A DNA stretch of 64,000 nt from Halarcobacter sp. (GTDB lineage Bacteria > Campylobacterota > Campylobacteria > Campylobacterales > Arcobacteraceae), in NCBI GenBank assembly GCA_048571215.1, contig CP182352.1, positions 2,336,001-2,400,000 on the forward strand, in the 5' to 3' direction. Below are positions 1 to 10,493 of the stretch, in pieces. Position 1 is the stretch's first letter, and each line of letters starts with the position of its first letter. The notes below the pieces were generated by a model that made no database searches, was not told the DNA's origin, and worked only from the letters and a program-made list of their open reading frames with translations. Both the position numbers and the translations under genes were made by a program.

Positions 1-693
1 CCATTTTACTATCTTTGTTAGCTCTTCTTTCGTGTCATTTTTACTTGGGATTACTAAAGTTGTAATTTCAGTATGTATACCATTTTTTTGTAAGTGGATT
101 AGATTATCTAAAACTTGATTCAAATTTCCACCTAGACTTTTTTTATAATACTCTTCACTAAAAGATTTTAAATCAACATTTATTGCATCAATAATCCCTT
201 TCATATCTTCAATCACCTCGGAACTTTCAAAGCCATTACTAACAAAAACCGATTTTAAACCATACTTTTTAGCCTCCAAAGCTATATCTTTTGCAAAGGG
301 ATAAAAAATTGTTGGTTCATTATAAGTATAAGAGATAGATTCACATCCCCTTTGTTTTGCTATAAGTGCCACATCTCTTGCACTTATATATTTTGATTTA
401 TCTATCTTTTTTTCTTGAGAAATACCATGATTTTGACAAAAACTACAATGGAAGTTACAACCAACTGTTCCTAAGGACAAAGATTTTGAGGTGGGTAAAA
501 AGTGATATAAAGGTTTTTTTTCAATTGGGTCTATATTAAAAGCACTAATATGTCCATAAACCAAACACTCTATTTTATCTTCGACATTTTTATTTACACC
601 ACATATCCCTATTTGATTTGGTTTTAATTGACAATAATATGAACATAAAAGACAAGTTAACTTTCCATTTGCTGTGGCTTTAAAATAGTTCAT
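1..693 (-). CDS. amrS: AmmeMemoRadiSam system radical SAM enzyme (runs off the window edge)
   Basis: Not in the ORF track. Manual translation from ATG at 693: MNYFKATANGKLTCLLCSYYCQLKPNQIGICGV...DPIEKKPLYHF...GCNFHCSFCQN (CxxxCxxC); directly downstream of the AMMECR1-domain gene. Confidence 0.9.
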   Translation of the reverse strand, partial: MNYFKATANGKLTCLLCSYYCQLKPNQIGICGVNKNVEDKIECLVYGHISAFNIDPIEKKPLYHFLPTSKSLSLGTVGCNFHCSFCQNHGISQEKKIDKSKYISARDVALIAKQRGCESISYTYNEPTIFYPFAKDIALEAKKYGLKSVFVSNGFESSEVIEDMKGIIDAINVDLKSFSEEYYKKSLGGNLNQVLDNLIHLQKNGIHTEITTLVIPSKNDTKEELTKIVKW

Positions 694-701
694 TTTTACC
701 C

Positions 702-1247
702 TTATTTAAACTTTTCAACCTCATAAACTTGTATCTTTGGATAGCCACTTAAATCTGATGGATTTAAACCAGCTTTTTTAACTAATTGAACCATAAAAGA
801 ATCAAAATCATTAAGTTGCTCCCAAACCTGAGGTAAAAAAGTTGCTCTTTTCCCATCAAGTTCAAGAATAACTCCATGTTTATTTGGAATAATTTTCTTT
901 TTTAAATCCTCAAAATCTTTATACTCTAAATCCTGAGCAGGGCTTAGAATAGAAAGTTCAACTTGAACATTTTCAAACTCTTTTTTAGTAAGTTTAGGAA
1001 AACGAGGATCAGCAAATGCAGCAGCTTTTGCATTATGAATAATATCATCAAGTAGATTTCGATGAGCAACTAACGAACCAATACAACCTCTTAACTTTCC
1101 ATCTAAGTTAAGTGTAACAAAACTAGCACCCAACTCTTTAAACTCAGAATACTTTTCAAACAATGAGTTTTTACTTATTAAAACTTTTTTTTCAAACTCT
1201 TCTTGAATAGATTTTTTTGCAACCTCAAGTAAGACCCAACTTTCCAT
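702..1247 (-). CDS. amrA: AmmeMemoRadiSam system protein A (AMMECR1 domain)
   Basis: FVTL...LRGCIG, AAFADPRF and ATFLPQVW motifs; adjacent to amrS. Confidence 0.9.
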   Translation of the reverse strand: MESWVLLEVAKKSIQEEFEKKVLISKNSLFEKYSEFKELGASFVTLNLDGKLRGCIGSLVAHRNLLDDIIHNAKAAAFADPRFPKLTKKEFENVQVELSILSPAQDLEYKDFEDLKKKIIPNKHGVILELDGKRATFLPQVWEQLNDFDSFMVQLVKKAGLNPSDLSGYPKIQVYEVEKFK

Positions 1248-1302
1248 AAAAACTCCCTCTAAACTAAAATTTTACTAATTTATCAACTACACAATTATTT
1301 AC

Positions 1303-2235
1303 TCAATGCAAAATATCCTTTATAGCTTCAATAAACATTCTACTGTCATTAACACATTTACAAACCTTATAATCTAAAATCCCAATCTTATCAGCTAACT
1401 CTTTATACTCTAAACTAAGTTCAAAATCTGTTTCGGAATTATCAATAATAAAAGCAATAGGATAGATTAGAACCTTTTGGTTTCTATATTTTGTCAAAGT
1501 GTCATCTAAAGAGGGTGTTAACCATTTCATAGGCCCAACTTTTGATTGATATGCCAAGGAGATAGATTTGAACTCTATTTTATTTTTTGATAACTTTTGA
1601 GATAAAATTTCCACATGTTCATTAACTTGTTTTTCATATGGATCACCCTTATCTACTATTTTTTGAGGAAGACCATGGGCTGAAAAAATAAGATTATATT
1701 CCCCATAATTTTCTACAGTTGATTTTATAGTATCTATTATAGCATCATTAAATTTATCATTTTTATAAAAAGGTTCTATAACTTCAATATTAAACCCATT
1801 GCCAGCAACTTCAATAAAATCTTCAACAGACGATTTTGTAGTAGTAGTTGAGTATTGGGGATATAAAGGGAAAAGTATCACATCTTTTATCTTTTTTCTT
1901 TTTAACTCTTTTATACTTTCACTTGCAAAAGGGGGTGTATATCTCATAACTTGCATTACACAAACATCTGATAATATATCATTTAGTTTAGAAACTAACT
2001 TTTCTGTCAAGGGGTTTATAGGTGATCTACTACCTATTAGCTTATAGTTTTCCCAAGCTTTGTCTGTTCTCATTTTTACAATAAATGAAGCTAATAATGA
2101 CCTAAAAAAATCACTTTTTATAGTCAATATATTTTTATCATTAAACATATTTGTTAAAAACATTCTCAATTCATCTTTATTTCTAGCTCCACCCATATTA
2201 AGTAAAATCAATGCTTTTTTACAATCTTTATCCAT
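1303..2235 (-). CDS. hemH: Ferrochelatase
   Basis: LLNMGG, MRYTPP, PLYPQYSTTT, FSAHGLP, YQSKVGPMKWL and DNSET motifs. Confidence 0.95.
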   Translation of the reverse strand: MDKDCKKALILLNMGGARNKDELRMFLTNMFNDKNILTIKSDFFRSLLASFIVKMRTDKAWENYKLIGSRSPINPLTEKLVSKLNDILSDVCVMQVMRYTPPFASESIKELKRKKIKDVILFPLYPQYSTTTTKSSVEDFIEVAGNGFNIEVIEPFYKNDKFNDAIIDTIKSTVENYGEYNLIFSAHGLPQKIVDKGDPYEKQVNEHVEILSQKLSKNKIEFKSISLAYQSKVGPMKWLTPSLDDTLTKYRNQKVLIYPIAFIIDNSETDFELSLEYKELADKIGILDYKVCKCVNDSRMFIEAIKDILH

Positions 2236-2237
2236 AA

Positions 2238-2834
2238 TTAATCTAACCTTATTATTTTATCGCTACACCAACGTGCAAGTGTCATATCATGTGTGATTAA
2301 AACAATAGCACAACTATCTAAATATTTTATTAACATCTTCATCACATCAACTGCAATTATATTATCTAAAGCTGATGTTGGTTCATCAACCAAAAGTAAA
2401 TCTGGTTTCATCATAAGTGCTCTTAATATAGAACATCTTTGAAGTTGTCCTCCACTTAGTTCATGGGGTTTTTTATTTAATAATTCAAAATTTAAACTAA
2501 GCTCTTGACAAAAACTTTTAACATCTTCCCTAAAATTGCTATTTTTTTCTAATACATCTTCAATTTGATTTATAATTGAAAAAGAGGGATGAAAAGAGGT
2601 ATAAGGATCTTGATAAATAGAACTTATCTTTTTAGTTCTAATCTCTCCACTAAGTGGTTTTAAGTTTCCACATATCAACTCAAATAAAGTACTTTTTCCA
2701 CTTCCACTTTTCCCAACAATAGAGAATAACTCCCCTTTTTTAAGCTCTAAATTAAAATCCTTATATATTAATTGATCTTTCTTATAAGCAAAATTTAGAT
2801 TATCTATTTTTAAAATAGTCTCTTCTAAAGACAT
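2238..2834 (-). CDS. ABC transporter ATP-binding protein (peptide/nickel-like, stand-alone)
   Basis: Walker A GKSGSGKS, LSGGQ signature, DEPT; start moved to MSLEE (ATG at 2834) behind an AGGA RBS. Confidence 0.85.
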   Translation of the reverse strand: MSLEETILKIDNLNFAYKKDQLIYKDFNLELKKGELFSIVGKSGSGKSTLFELICGNLKPLSGEIRTKKISSIYQDPYTSFHPSFSIINQIEDVLEKNSNFREDVKSFCQELSLNFELLNKKPHELSGGQLQRCSILRALMMKPDLLLVDEPTSALDNIIAVDVMKMLIKYLDSCAIVLITHDMTLARWCSDKIIRLD

Positions 2835-2994
2835 ATAACTTCCTAAATTGTTTTTATTGCTAACTATAATCAAATTATACTAAATGGTTCATTATAACTC
2901 ATGTTTATAATTTTCATACCAAAAAAATGTCAATTTATAAGTTAAATAAAAGGAAATAGTGCTAAAATTTAACTTTTAAAATCAAGGAGAGTAT

Positions 2995-3273
2995 ATGAAA
3001 AAGATTGTTTTAGGAACAATGATTGCTGCTGCATCTTTAATGGCTGCAAGTTTCGCACCATGTGCTGGATGTCATGGAGCAAAAGCTGAGAAAAAAGCTT
3101 TAGGGAAGTCTCATGTTATCGCTGGATGGCCAGTAGATAAAATTGAAGCTGCGCTACACGGATATAAAGATGGTTCTTATGGTGGAGCTATGAAAGGTGT
3201 TATGAAAGGTCAAGTTGCAAGACTTTCAGATGCAGACATTAAAGATTTAGCTGAACAAATTTCTAAATTCTAA
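2995..3273 (+). CDS. Monoheme cytochrome c (c553-like)
   Basis: Signal peptide, CAGCH heme motif, distal Met in YGGAMKGVM. Confidence 0.92.
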   Translation: MKKIVLGTMIAAASLMAASFAPCAGCHGAKAEKKALGKSHVIAGWPVDKIEAALHGYKDGSYGGAMKGVMKGQVARLSDADIKDLAEQISKF

Positions 3274-3302
3274 TTTTAAGTATTTAGTTTATATAAAGTG
3301 AA

Positions 3303-3533
3303 TCACTCTTTTGGTGATTCACTTTTTTTATGCTCTTTTTTTGCATCATTTATTTTCTTTTCTTTATTTACAGCATCATTTAAATCATCTGTACTATCAA
3401 ATAATAAACCATCCATCATTTTTCTACTATCATCAAACTGACCATTTTTTGCACCCCAGATAAATACACCCAAAACTGCAAAAGAGATTACAAGACCTAC
3501 AACCAACATCATCAAAAGTGTATCGTTTATCAT
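3303..3533 (-). CDS. ccoS: cbb3-type oxidase maturation protein CcoS/FixS
   Basis: Single TM followed by WGAKNGQFDD; downstream of ccoI. Confidence 0.9.
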   Translation of the reverse strand: MINDTLLMMLVVGLVISFAVLGVFIWGAKNGQFDDSRKMMDGLLFDSTDDLNDAVNKEKKINDAKKEHKKSESPKE

Positions 3534-3540
3534 AATTTTC

Positions 3541-5982
3541 CTACTTTTTCATTTTTATTCGCATAGAGTTAGCAACAACAAGCAATGAGCTTAAACTCAT
3601 AGATAAAGCTGCAACCAAAGGTATTACAAAACCAGCCATAGCAAGGGGAATTGTAACTGTATTATAGATCACAGACAATAAAAGATTTTGTTTTATAAAC
3701 TTATATGTTCTTCTTGAGATAATAAAAGCTTGTTTTAAACTCTCCAAAGAGTTATTTAATAAAACAATATCAGACACACTAATAGTCACATCAGCTGAAT
3801 TACCCATAGCAACAGATACATCACTAGAAGCTAAAGCAACAGAGTCGTTTATCCCATCTCCTGCCATTATAACTATTTTTCCATCTTCTCTTAATCTTTT
3901 TATATATTTAGCTTTTCCTATTGGGTCTATATTTGCAACAAACTTTTTAATACCAACTTTAGAGGCAACTTTAGAAGCAACTTGTTCATTGTCTCCTGTT
4001 AACATCACCAATTCTAAACCATTTTTTATAGCTTCATTTACTAAATCCTTAGCATCCTCTTTTAACTCATCTTCAAGTTCAAAGGTTGCAATAACTTTTC
4101 CATTTATAGCAAAAAGATATACAGAGTTTGTACTATCAAAGTTATAGTTTATTCTATTTTCTCTTAATAGTTCAATATTTCCACCAACTAGAAAAAACTC
4201 TTTACCTTCTATATTTTCATATTTTGCAAGCAATCCTTTTGCTTGTACATTTTTAACATCTTTTAATTTTTTTAAACTAAGATTATCAAAACTTTTATCC
4301 ATATGTTTTTTTATAGATTTTGAGATAGGATGATTTGAACTATCTATTAGGGAATACAAAAGATTTAATTTATGAATATTTTTATCTAAAATTCTCATCT
4401 TTTTAACTTTTAGTTCCCCTTTTGTTAAAGTTCCGGTTTTATCTAAAACTAAAGTATTAGCTTTTGCCAAGGTTTCAATAAATCTTGCTTCTTTAAATAA
4501 AAGACCTTTTTTTGCTAACTCTGAGATACCTATTAAACTTGCTATTGGAGTAGCTAAGGCTAAGGCACAAGGGCAAGCTATAACAATAACAGAGATCGCA
4601 ACAATAAATGACTTTTCAAAATGATTAGCCCCATCATAATCAAAACCTAAATCTATCCCAAAAAAATACCAAACAATAAAAGTTAAAATAGCAAGAGTTA
4701 AAATTGAGATGGTAAAACCTTTTGATATCTCATTTGCTGTAGTTTCTATTTTTGGTTTTGAACTTAAAGAGTCTTCAAGTAGTGTTACAATTGAGTTTAA
4801 AGTTGAATCTTTATAAGTTTTTGTTACTTCATATAAAATAACTGTATCATTGTTTATAGTCCCACTTAAAACAGTATCGCCCACTTTTTTAAAAATAGGC
4901 AAAGACTCCCCTGTCAAGCTTGATTCGTCAAAAGTTCCTTCTCCACTTACAATCTTTCCATCAACACAAACTTTTTGACCACTTCGTATCTCAACTATAT
5001 CTCCAACTTTAATACTATCTAAAGAGATACTTTTTTTAATCCCATCTTCTAAAATAATAGCTTCTAAAGGGATAGTACTTTTTATCTTATCAAGAGTATC
5101 TACGGCACTTTTTTTACCTATAACTTCAAGGTATTTACCAACTAAAACAAAGGTGATAATCATAGTGACAGAATCAAAATAACTCTCCCCTTTCCCACCA
5201 AATAGTACATATAAAGAGTAAATATAACTTAAACTAGCTCCTGAACTTACCAAAAAGTCCATATTTAAAATTTTATTTTTTAAGCCATAATATGCCCCAC
5301 GGAAAAATATCCATCCAGAATAAAATAAAACAGGAGTAGAAAGGATAAACTCTCCAAGATGGATATAATCTCTAATCTCTTGGTCAATCCCCATAAAAAA
5401 GCCACTGTATTTTGCAACAGATAACATCATAATATTTACAGTTGCAAAAACTGCCACCATCATACGAATAAAATAGTCTCTTTTATATTTTACAGCTTGT
5501 TCATCAGCTATTTTTGCATCATAAGCATATGCATTGTAACCGATATTTCTAATTTTTAATATTATTTCAGATAGTTTAATTTTTTCATCATCCCAAATAA
5601 TTTTTGCTTTATTATTTGTGAAATTTATATCTGCACTTATTATGCCTTCTGTTTCATATAAAACTTTTTCATTTAGCCAAATACAAGCTGCACAATGAAT
5701 CCCTTCAATAATCAAATCTACACTTTTAAAACCTTCTGATGTAGTGCTAATAAAGTTTTGTTCAAAACTTTGAGTATCAAATCTTTGAATATCATCATCC
5801 ACCTCAATTGGCGGTGAAATGGACTTATTCCCCAATTTATCATAAAAAGAATCTAAACCATCACTTTTCAAAAGATGGTAAACACCTTGACAGCCTTTAC
5901 AACAAAAATTCAAATCATTTTCTTTTATCATTACCTTTTCATCATATTCTAAATGGCAATGGTCACACCTAATTATAGACAT
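3541..5982 (-). CDS. ccoI: Heavy-metal (Cu) P1B-type ATPase, CcoI/FixI type
   Basis: N-terminal CDHC...FCCKGC, HMA CAAC, CPC, DKTGT, GDGIND; linked to ccoS. Confidence 0.9.
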   Translation of the reverse strand: MSIIRCDHCHLEYDEKVMIKENDLNFCCKGCQGVYHLLKSDGLDSFYDKLGNKSISPPIEVDDDIQRFDTQSFEQNFISTTSEGFKSVDLIIEGIHCAACIWLNEKVLYETEGIISADINFTNNKAKIIWDDEKIKLSEIILKIRNIGYNAYAYDAKIADEQAVKYKRDYFIRMMVAVFATVNIMMLSVAKYSGFFMGIDQEIRDYIHLGEFILSTPVLFYSGWIFFRGAYYGLKNKILNMDFLVSSGASLSYIYSLYVLFGGKGESYFDSVTMIITFVLVGKYLEVIGKKSAVDTLDKIKSTIPLEAIILEDGIKKSISLDSIKVGDIVEIRSGQKVCVDGKIVSGEGTFDESSLTGESLPIFKKVGDTVLSGTINNDTVILYEVTKTYKDSTLNSIVTLLEDSLSSKPKIETTANEISKGFTISILTLAILTFIVWYFFGIDLGFDYDGANHFEKSFIVAISVIVIACPCALALATPIASLIGISELAKKGLLFKEARFIETLAKANTLVLDKTGTLTKGELKVKKMRILDKNIHKLNLLYSLIDSSNHPISKSIKKHMDKSFDNLSLKKLKDVKNVQAKGLLAKYENIEGKEFFLVGGNIELLRENRINYNFDSTNSVYLFAINGKVIATFELEDELKEDAKDLVNEAIKNGLELVMLTGDNEQVASKVASKVGIKKFVANIDPIGKAKYIKRLREDGKIVIMAGDGINDSVALASSDVSVAMGNSADVTISVSDIVLLNNSLESLKQAFIISRRTYKFIKQNLLLSVIYNTVTIPLAMAGFVIPLVAALSMSLSSLLVVANSMRIKMKK

Positions 5983-6086
5983 TCTGTTCCTAAAATATTA
6001 ATTATTATCTTTTCTAATGTTTTTCTCAAACCTATATTTAATCAATTGTATATTATTATATCGTAATAACTTTGGAGTAAGTCTTA

Positions 6087-7709
6087 ATGATATCTAATGT
6101 CTCGATACTAAAAAACATTACAATTCTATATGCTGAAGATGAAGCAGCACTTAGAGAAATAACCTTAAATATCCTAAAAGGCTTTACAAAAAAACAATTT
6201 GTGGCGGAAAATGGTGCCCAGGGGTTAGAGCTTTTTAAAAATAATGAATCAGAAATAGATTTAATTATCACTGATGTAAATATGCCTATAATGAATGGTT
6301 TGGAGATGATTAGGCAAATAAAAAAAATAAACCCAAATATCCCTATTATTGTTGCAACTGCCTTTTCAAATACTGAATATCTACTTGAAGCTATTGATAT
6401 TGGTGTTGATAAATATGTTCTAAAACCAATTGATATGAAAAAACTTTTACAACTTATGAGTCAATCACTACTTTATCATGAACTAAAAGATTTATATATT
6501 GATAACTTAACCCACTTACCAAATAGAAATAGATTAAAAAAAGATATAGAAGATTCTTCTGAAGGTTTAATGGCAATGATAAATATTGATAAGTTTTCTA
6601 CTATCAATGACCTTTTTGGTGAATCAAATGGAGATAAAGTATTAGTTGAGTTTTCAGATAACTTAAAAGAGTTCTTTAATAAAGAGGAATATACAGTTTA
6701 TAGAATTGAAGCAGATAAGTTTTTAGTTGTTTCAAAGGATTATACAAGAGATGTTCAAGAGCTTTATAATCTATGTAGAAAATTTGAAGAGTTTATTGAA
6801 GAGGATCCTGTTTATATTGATGAACATGAAATTGATTTAAATATCACTATTGGTATTGCTAAAAACTCTGATAACAATGCATATAAACACGTACAAAGGG
6901 TACTTTCATATGCAAGAAGAAAATTTGAACCAATCTTGATTTATAACGATTCTTTTAATATCCAAGAATCTTTTGAAGAGAATATCAAATGGATTAAAAA
7001 GATTAAAAATGGTGTAAAAAATGATAATTTTAAAGCATTTTTCCAACCAATTGTTGATACTCAAACAAAAGAGGTTTATAAATATGAGGCTTTAATTAGA
7101 TATATAGAAGAGGATGGAACAGTAATAAGTCCTTTTGCTTTTTTAGATATTGCAAAAAAAGCAAAACTATATCCTAATATCATTAGAATAATGATTCATG
7201 AAGCCTTTAATCTAATTAAAAACAAAAGAAAAAGAGTTGCTGTAAATATCTCCTTTGAAGATATCGCAAGTGCTCATACTATGGAGTATGTTTACTCTAT
7301 AATTGAAGAAAATAAAGATTATGCAGATCTATTAGAGTTTGAAATTTTAGAATCAGAAGAGATTTCAGACTTTAAAGAGGTTTTTAAATTTATCCAAAAA
7401 GTAAAAGATTATAAGATTAATGTTGGAGTTGATGACTTCGGTGCTGGTTACTCAAACTTTAATATGCTTATTAATTTAAATGTATCTTTTGTAAAAATAG
7501 ATGGTTCTTTAATCAAAAATATAGATACCTCTGAAAATCAAAGAATTATTGTACAAACTATTACAGAGTTTGCTAAAAAGTTTAATTTTAAAACTGTAGC
7601 AGAATTTGTATCAAGTGAAGAGATTTATAACACCATCAAGGAGATTGGGGTAGACTACTCACAAGGATACTACTTTGATGCACCAATTAGTTATGATAAA
7701 ATAGACTAA
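6087..7709 (+). CDS. REC-GGDEF(degenerate)-EAL protein, probable c-di-GMP phosphodiesterase
   Basis: Receiver domain (ED, D-MP, KP); GGDEF site reads EADKF; intact EAL and DDFGAG. Confidence 0.88.
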   Translation: MISNVSILKNITILYAEDEAALREITLNILKGFTKKQFVAENGAQGLELFKNNESEIDLIITDVNMPIMNGLEMIRQIKKINPNIPIIVATAFSNTEYLLEAIDIGVDKYVLKPIDMKKLLQLMSQSLLYHELKDLYIDNLTHLPNRNRLKKDIEDSSEGLMAMINIDKFSTINDLFGESNGDKVLVEFSDNLKEFFNKEEYTVYRIEADKFLVVSKDYTRDVQELYNLCRKFEEFIEEDPVYIDEHEIDLNITIGIAKNSDNNAYKHVQRVLSYARRKFEPILIYNDSFNIQESFEENIKWIKKIKNGVKNDNFKAFFQPIVDTQTKEVYKYEALIRYIEEDGTVISPFAFLDIAKKAKLYPNIIRIMIHEAFNLIKNKRKRVAVNISFEDIASAHTMEYVYSIIEENKDYADLLEFEILESEEISDFKEVFKFIQKVKDYKINVGVDDFGAGYSNFNMLINLNVSFVKIDGSLIKNIDTSENQRIIVQTITEFAKKFNFKTVAEFVSSEEIYNTIKEIGVDYSQGYYFDAPISYDKID

Positions 7710-7735
7710 TATAGTAGAATCTATCTACTATATTA
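7707..7735. terminator. Bidirectional hairpin between convergent genes
   Basis: taatatagtaga-atcta-tctactatatta, 12-bp perfect arms. Confidence 0.6.
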
Positions 7736-7752
7736 TATCTCTACGAAAAAAA

Positions 7753-8523
7753 CTATTTTAATCTTCCCGTTATAAATCTAACTATTAAAAATACAACAAC
7801 AGAAAATCCAATAATAACAGCTGCTACAGGTGCAGAGAAACTTAAGCCATAAGAGTTAAATCTATCGAAAATAAGAACCGGTGTTGTCATAGGATGATAT
7901 ACAAGTATAACCACAGCTCCAAACTCACCTAAACCTCTACTCCACATCATAAGGGCACCATTTATAATATCTTTTTTTGCATTAGGTATGGTGATTCTAA
8001 AAAATACAGATATAGGATTAGCCCCTAATGTTCTTGCAACTTTTTCTAGTTTTACATCTACTTTTCTAAAACCATCTTTTGCAGAATTTATTAAAAAAGG
8101 AGCTGATAAAAACATCATTGCAATCATAATTCCATATTCAGTTCCTACAAACTCTATACCAAAGAACTTAAAAAAATCCCCAAGCATAGTATCCCCAAAA
8201 GTTGTCAAAAGTGCAATACCAGCAGCAGTATGGGGAATCATAATAGGTATATCTACAATTGACTCCAAAAGACTTCTTCCATAAAAGTCATATCTAGCGA
8301 TTATATATGCCAAAGGCAATCCCGTAAAAAGTACAAAAATCATAGCCCATGCTGATACCTTCATAGTAAGTAAAATAGAATCAATAACTTCACCATTTTG
8401 AATAGTCTCCATAAGTTTTGAACTTCCAACCCCAACAAACATCTTTAAAATGGGGATAGATAGAAAAAATATTATAATAAAACCTAAGCTTATTAAAGTG
8501 ATAATAAATGATTTATTTTTCAT
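7753..8523 (-). CDS. wtpB: Tungstate/molybdate ABC transporter permease
   Basis: ModB/WtpB-like TM pattern, EAA-like loop EKVARTLGA, RGLGEFGA; operon with wtpA. Confidence 0.8.
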   Translation of the reverse strand: MKNKSFIITLISLGFIIIFFLSIPILKMFVGVGSSKLMETIQNGEVIDSILLTMKVSAWAMIFVLFTGLPLAYIIARYDFYGRSLLESIVDIPIMIPHTAAGIALLTTFGDTMLGDFFKFFGIEFVGTEYGIMIAMMFLSAPFLINSAKDGFRKVDVKLEKVARTLGANPISVFFRITIPNAKKDIINGALMMWSRGLGEFGAVVILVYHPMTTPVLIFDRFNSYGLSFSAPVAAVIIGFSVVVFLIVRFITGRLK

Positions 8524-9506
8524 ATGAAACTTATATCCTTTCTATCAAATCCAATATTTATAATACTTCCATTATGGGCATAACACCCCTCATAATCCCT
8601 TTTAAGTATTTTTATAAAAAACTGGTGTTCATTTATATTTACAAAGAGTTTATAATGGTCTACTATTCCCATACACTCTTCAAGTTTTCCTTTAAAAATA
8701 TAATCACAAAAAAGCTCATCTTCAACAGAAACTTTTATTACATTTGGATCAACAGAAAAAAACTCAGAACTTGAAGCTTTATCAATAAAAGAAGCTGGAA
8801 AAATATTTTTAAATCCCAAAAATCTTGCAACATCTATATTATTAGGTTGATTTAATACCTCTTCCGCAACTCCTACTTGTTGTATTTTTCCATCCATCAA
8901 AATAGCTATCTTATCGGCTAAATATGAGGCTTCTCTAAAGTTATGCGTAACATGTATAGTGGTTAAGTCATATCTTTTATGAATATCTTTTAAACTTTTC
9001 ATAATAGAGTTTCTAAAAGTTGGGTCAATGGCACTTAAAGGTTCATCAAGAAGTAAAATCTTAGGTCTAGAAAACAAAGCTCTTGCTATAGCAACACGCT
9101 GTTTTTCTCCACCACTTAAGTTTTCAATCTCTCTTTTAAGTAATTTTTCAAGCTTTAAAAAACCTACTATATCATCAAATAACTCTTTTGATTTTTCTAT
9201 TTTTTTATATCGTGATGAAAATCTTATATTCTCTTCTACATTTAGGTTAGGGAAAAGTGCAAACTCTTGATATACAAAACCAACATCTCTTTTTTCAGGT
9301 GCAAAACTTACAATATCAATATCATGATGATATATACTTCCAGAACTTTCATTTAAACCAGCAATAGTCTCTAAAAGTCTAGTCTTTCCACTACCACTTT
9401 GCCCCAAAAGTACAAAATATTCATTTTTATCTATGTTTAGGTTTATATTATCAAGCAAGAAATTATCAATCTTGCTTGTTAATTTTTCTATTCTTAAATA
9501 ACTCAT
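8520..9506 (-). CDS. wtpC: Tungstate/molybdate ABC transporter ATP-binding subunit
   Basis: GQSGSGKT, LSGGEKQRVAIARAL, DEP; between wtpA and wtpB. Confidence 0.8.
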   Translation of the reverse strand: MSYLRIEKLTSKIDNFLLDNINLNIDKNEYFVLLGQSGSGKTRLLETIAGLNESSGSIYHHDIDIVSFAPEKRDVGFVYQEFALFPNLNVEENIRFSSRYKKIEKSKELFDDIVGFLKLEKLLKREIENLSGGEKQRVAIARALFSRPKILLLDEPLSAIDPTFRNSIMKSLKDIHKRYDLTTIHVTHNFREASYLADKIAILMDGKIQQVGVAEEVLNQPNNIDVARFLGFKNIFPASFIDKASSSEFFSVDPNVIKVSVEDELFCDYIFKGKLEECMGIVDHYKLFVNINEHQFFIKILKRDYEGCYAHNGSIINIGFDRKDISFI

Positions 9507-10465
9507 TATCTTCCTATAATTGAAGCATCACCAGTGATAATTGGTGGGTTGATTACACCTTGACCATTTTTAGTCATAATAGCTTGTCCTTCAGGTGATA
9601 ATACAAAGTTTACAAACTTGATTGCACCATCTTTATTTTGAGGAGATTTTTTGTTTTGTGCAACTGTAATACCATAAACCATAGCTCCACCTTTTTTAGT
9701 GATAAGTTGTCCTGGTTTTTTTCCATCAATTTTAAATGATGCAGTTTTATAAAACTTAGCATTTTCATTATCTTTTAGTGAAACCTCTTTTGGAAGTGTA
9801 ATATATTTTAAACCATGTTGTTCGGCAACTGATTTATAAATATATAAATAATCATAAGCATTAGCTTCAATAAGTCCGAGTAAATCAGTCTCTTTTGGTC
9901 TTACTATAACTTTTTGTTTATTCTCTTCACCAACTTTATATGACTCGCCATATCCAAATAATTTATCATAAAATCCTGGCATTTTATAATATGATTCTGC
10001 TAGTTTTGTAACAAGCATTGATCTATATCCACAAGGGTCCATATTTGGATTTGAATGTCCAACTTTTACACCATCTCTTAGGAAAATCTCTGGCCAGTTT
10101 TGAGCATTGATTTCATTTGCATATTTTGCTTTAGGTGTATACGCTATTGCCATCTCATTTGTTGCAAATTGTGCATTAAATTTTGCATCTTTTGGGATAA
10201 GTAAATTATCAATCACTTTATAATCTGCACTTGCCATAACATCAGCAGCTTTACCAATCTCAGAGATTTTTCTAGCAGCTGCTCTACTTCCTGATGCTTC
10301 TCTTTGTACATCATATTGTGGATACTTAGCTTCAAAAGCTTTTTCAACTTGTGAGAATGGAACTGCTAAACTCCCTGCGTGAAATACTACTATTTTCTCT
10401 TTTGCCATAAGGCTACTTGCAACAACTGCACTTAATCCTAGTGTTAATAAGGTTTTTTTAATCAT
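9506..10465 (-). CDS. wtpA: Tungstate ABC transporter substrate-binding protein, WtpA type
   Basis: FHAGSL, EASGS, ASADY, DPCGYR and RPKET motifs; start at MIKKT (10465) behind an AGGAG RBS. Confidence 0.85.
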   Translation of the reverse strand: MIKKTLLTLGLSAVVASSLMAKEKIVVFHAGSLAVPFSQVEKAFEAKYPQYDVQREASGSRAAARKISEIGKAADVMASADYKVIDNLLIPKDAKFNAQFATNEMAIAYTPKAKYANEINAQNWPEIFLRDGVKVGHSNPNMDPCGYRSMLVTKLAESYYKMPGFYDKLFGYGESYKVGEENKQKVIVRPKETDLLGLIEANAYDYLYIYKSVAEQHGLKYITLPKEVSLKDNENAKFYKTASFKIDGKKPGQLITKKGGAMVYGITVAQNKKSPQNKDGAIKFVNFVLSPEGQAIMTKNGQGVINPPIITGDASIIGR

Positions 10466-10493
10466 TTTTTCTCCTAATTTTAAATTTAATTTT

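Noticed and set aside
1799..2296. Short antisense ORFs here and across the track (for example 7988, 9028, 17196, 33081, 34182, 38659, 60358)
   Set aside because: Shadow frames of confidently identified genes, with no motifs or RBS support.
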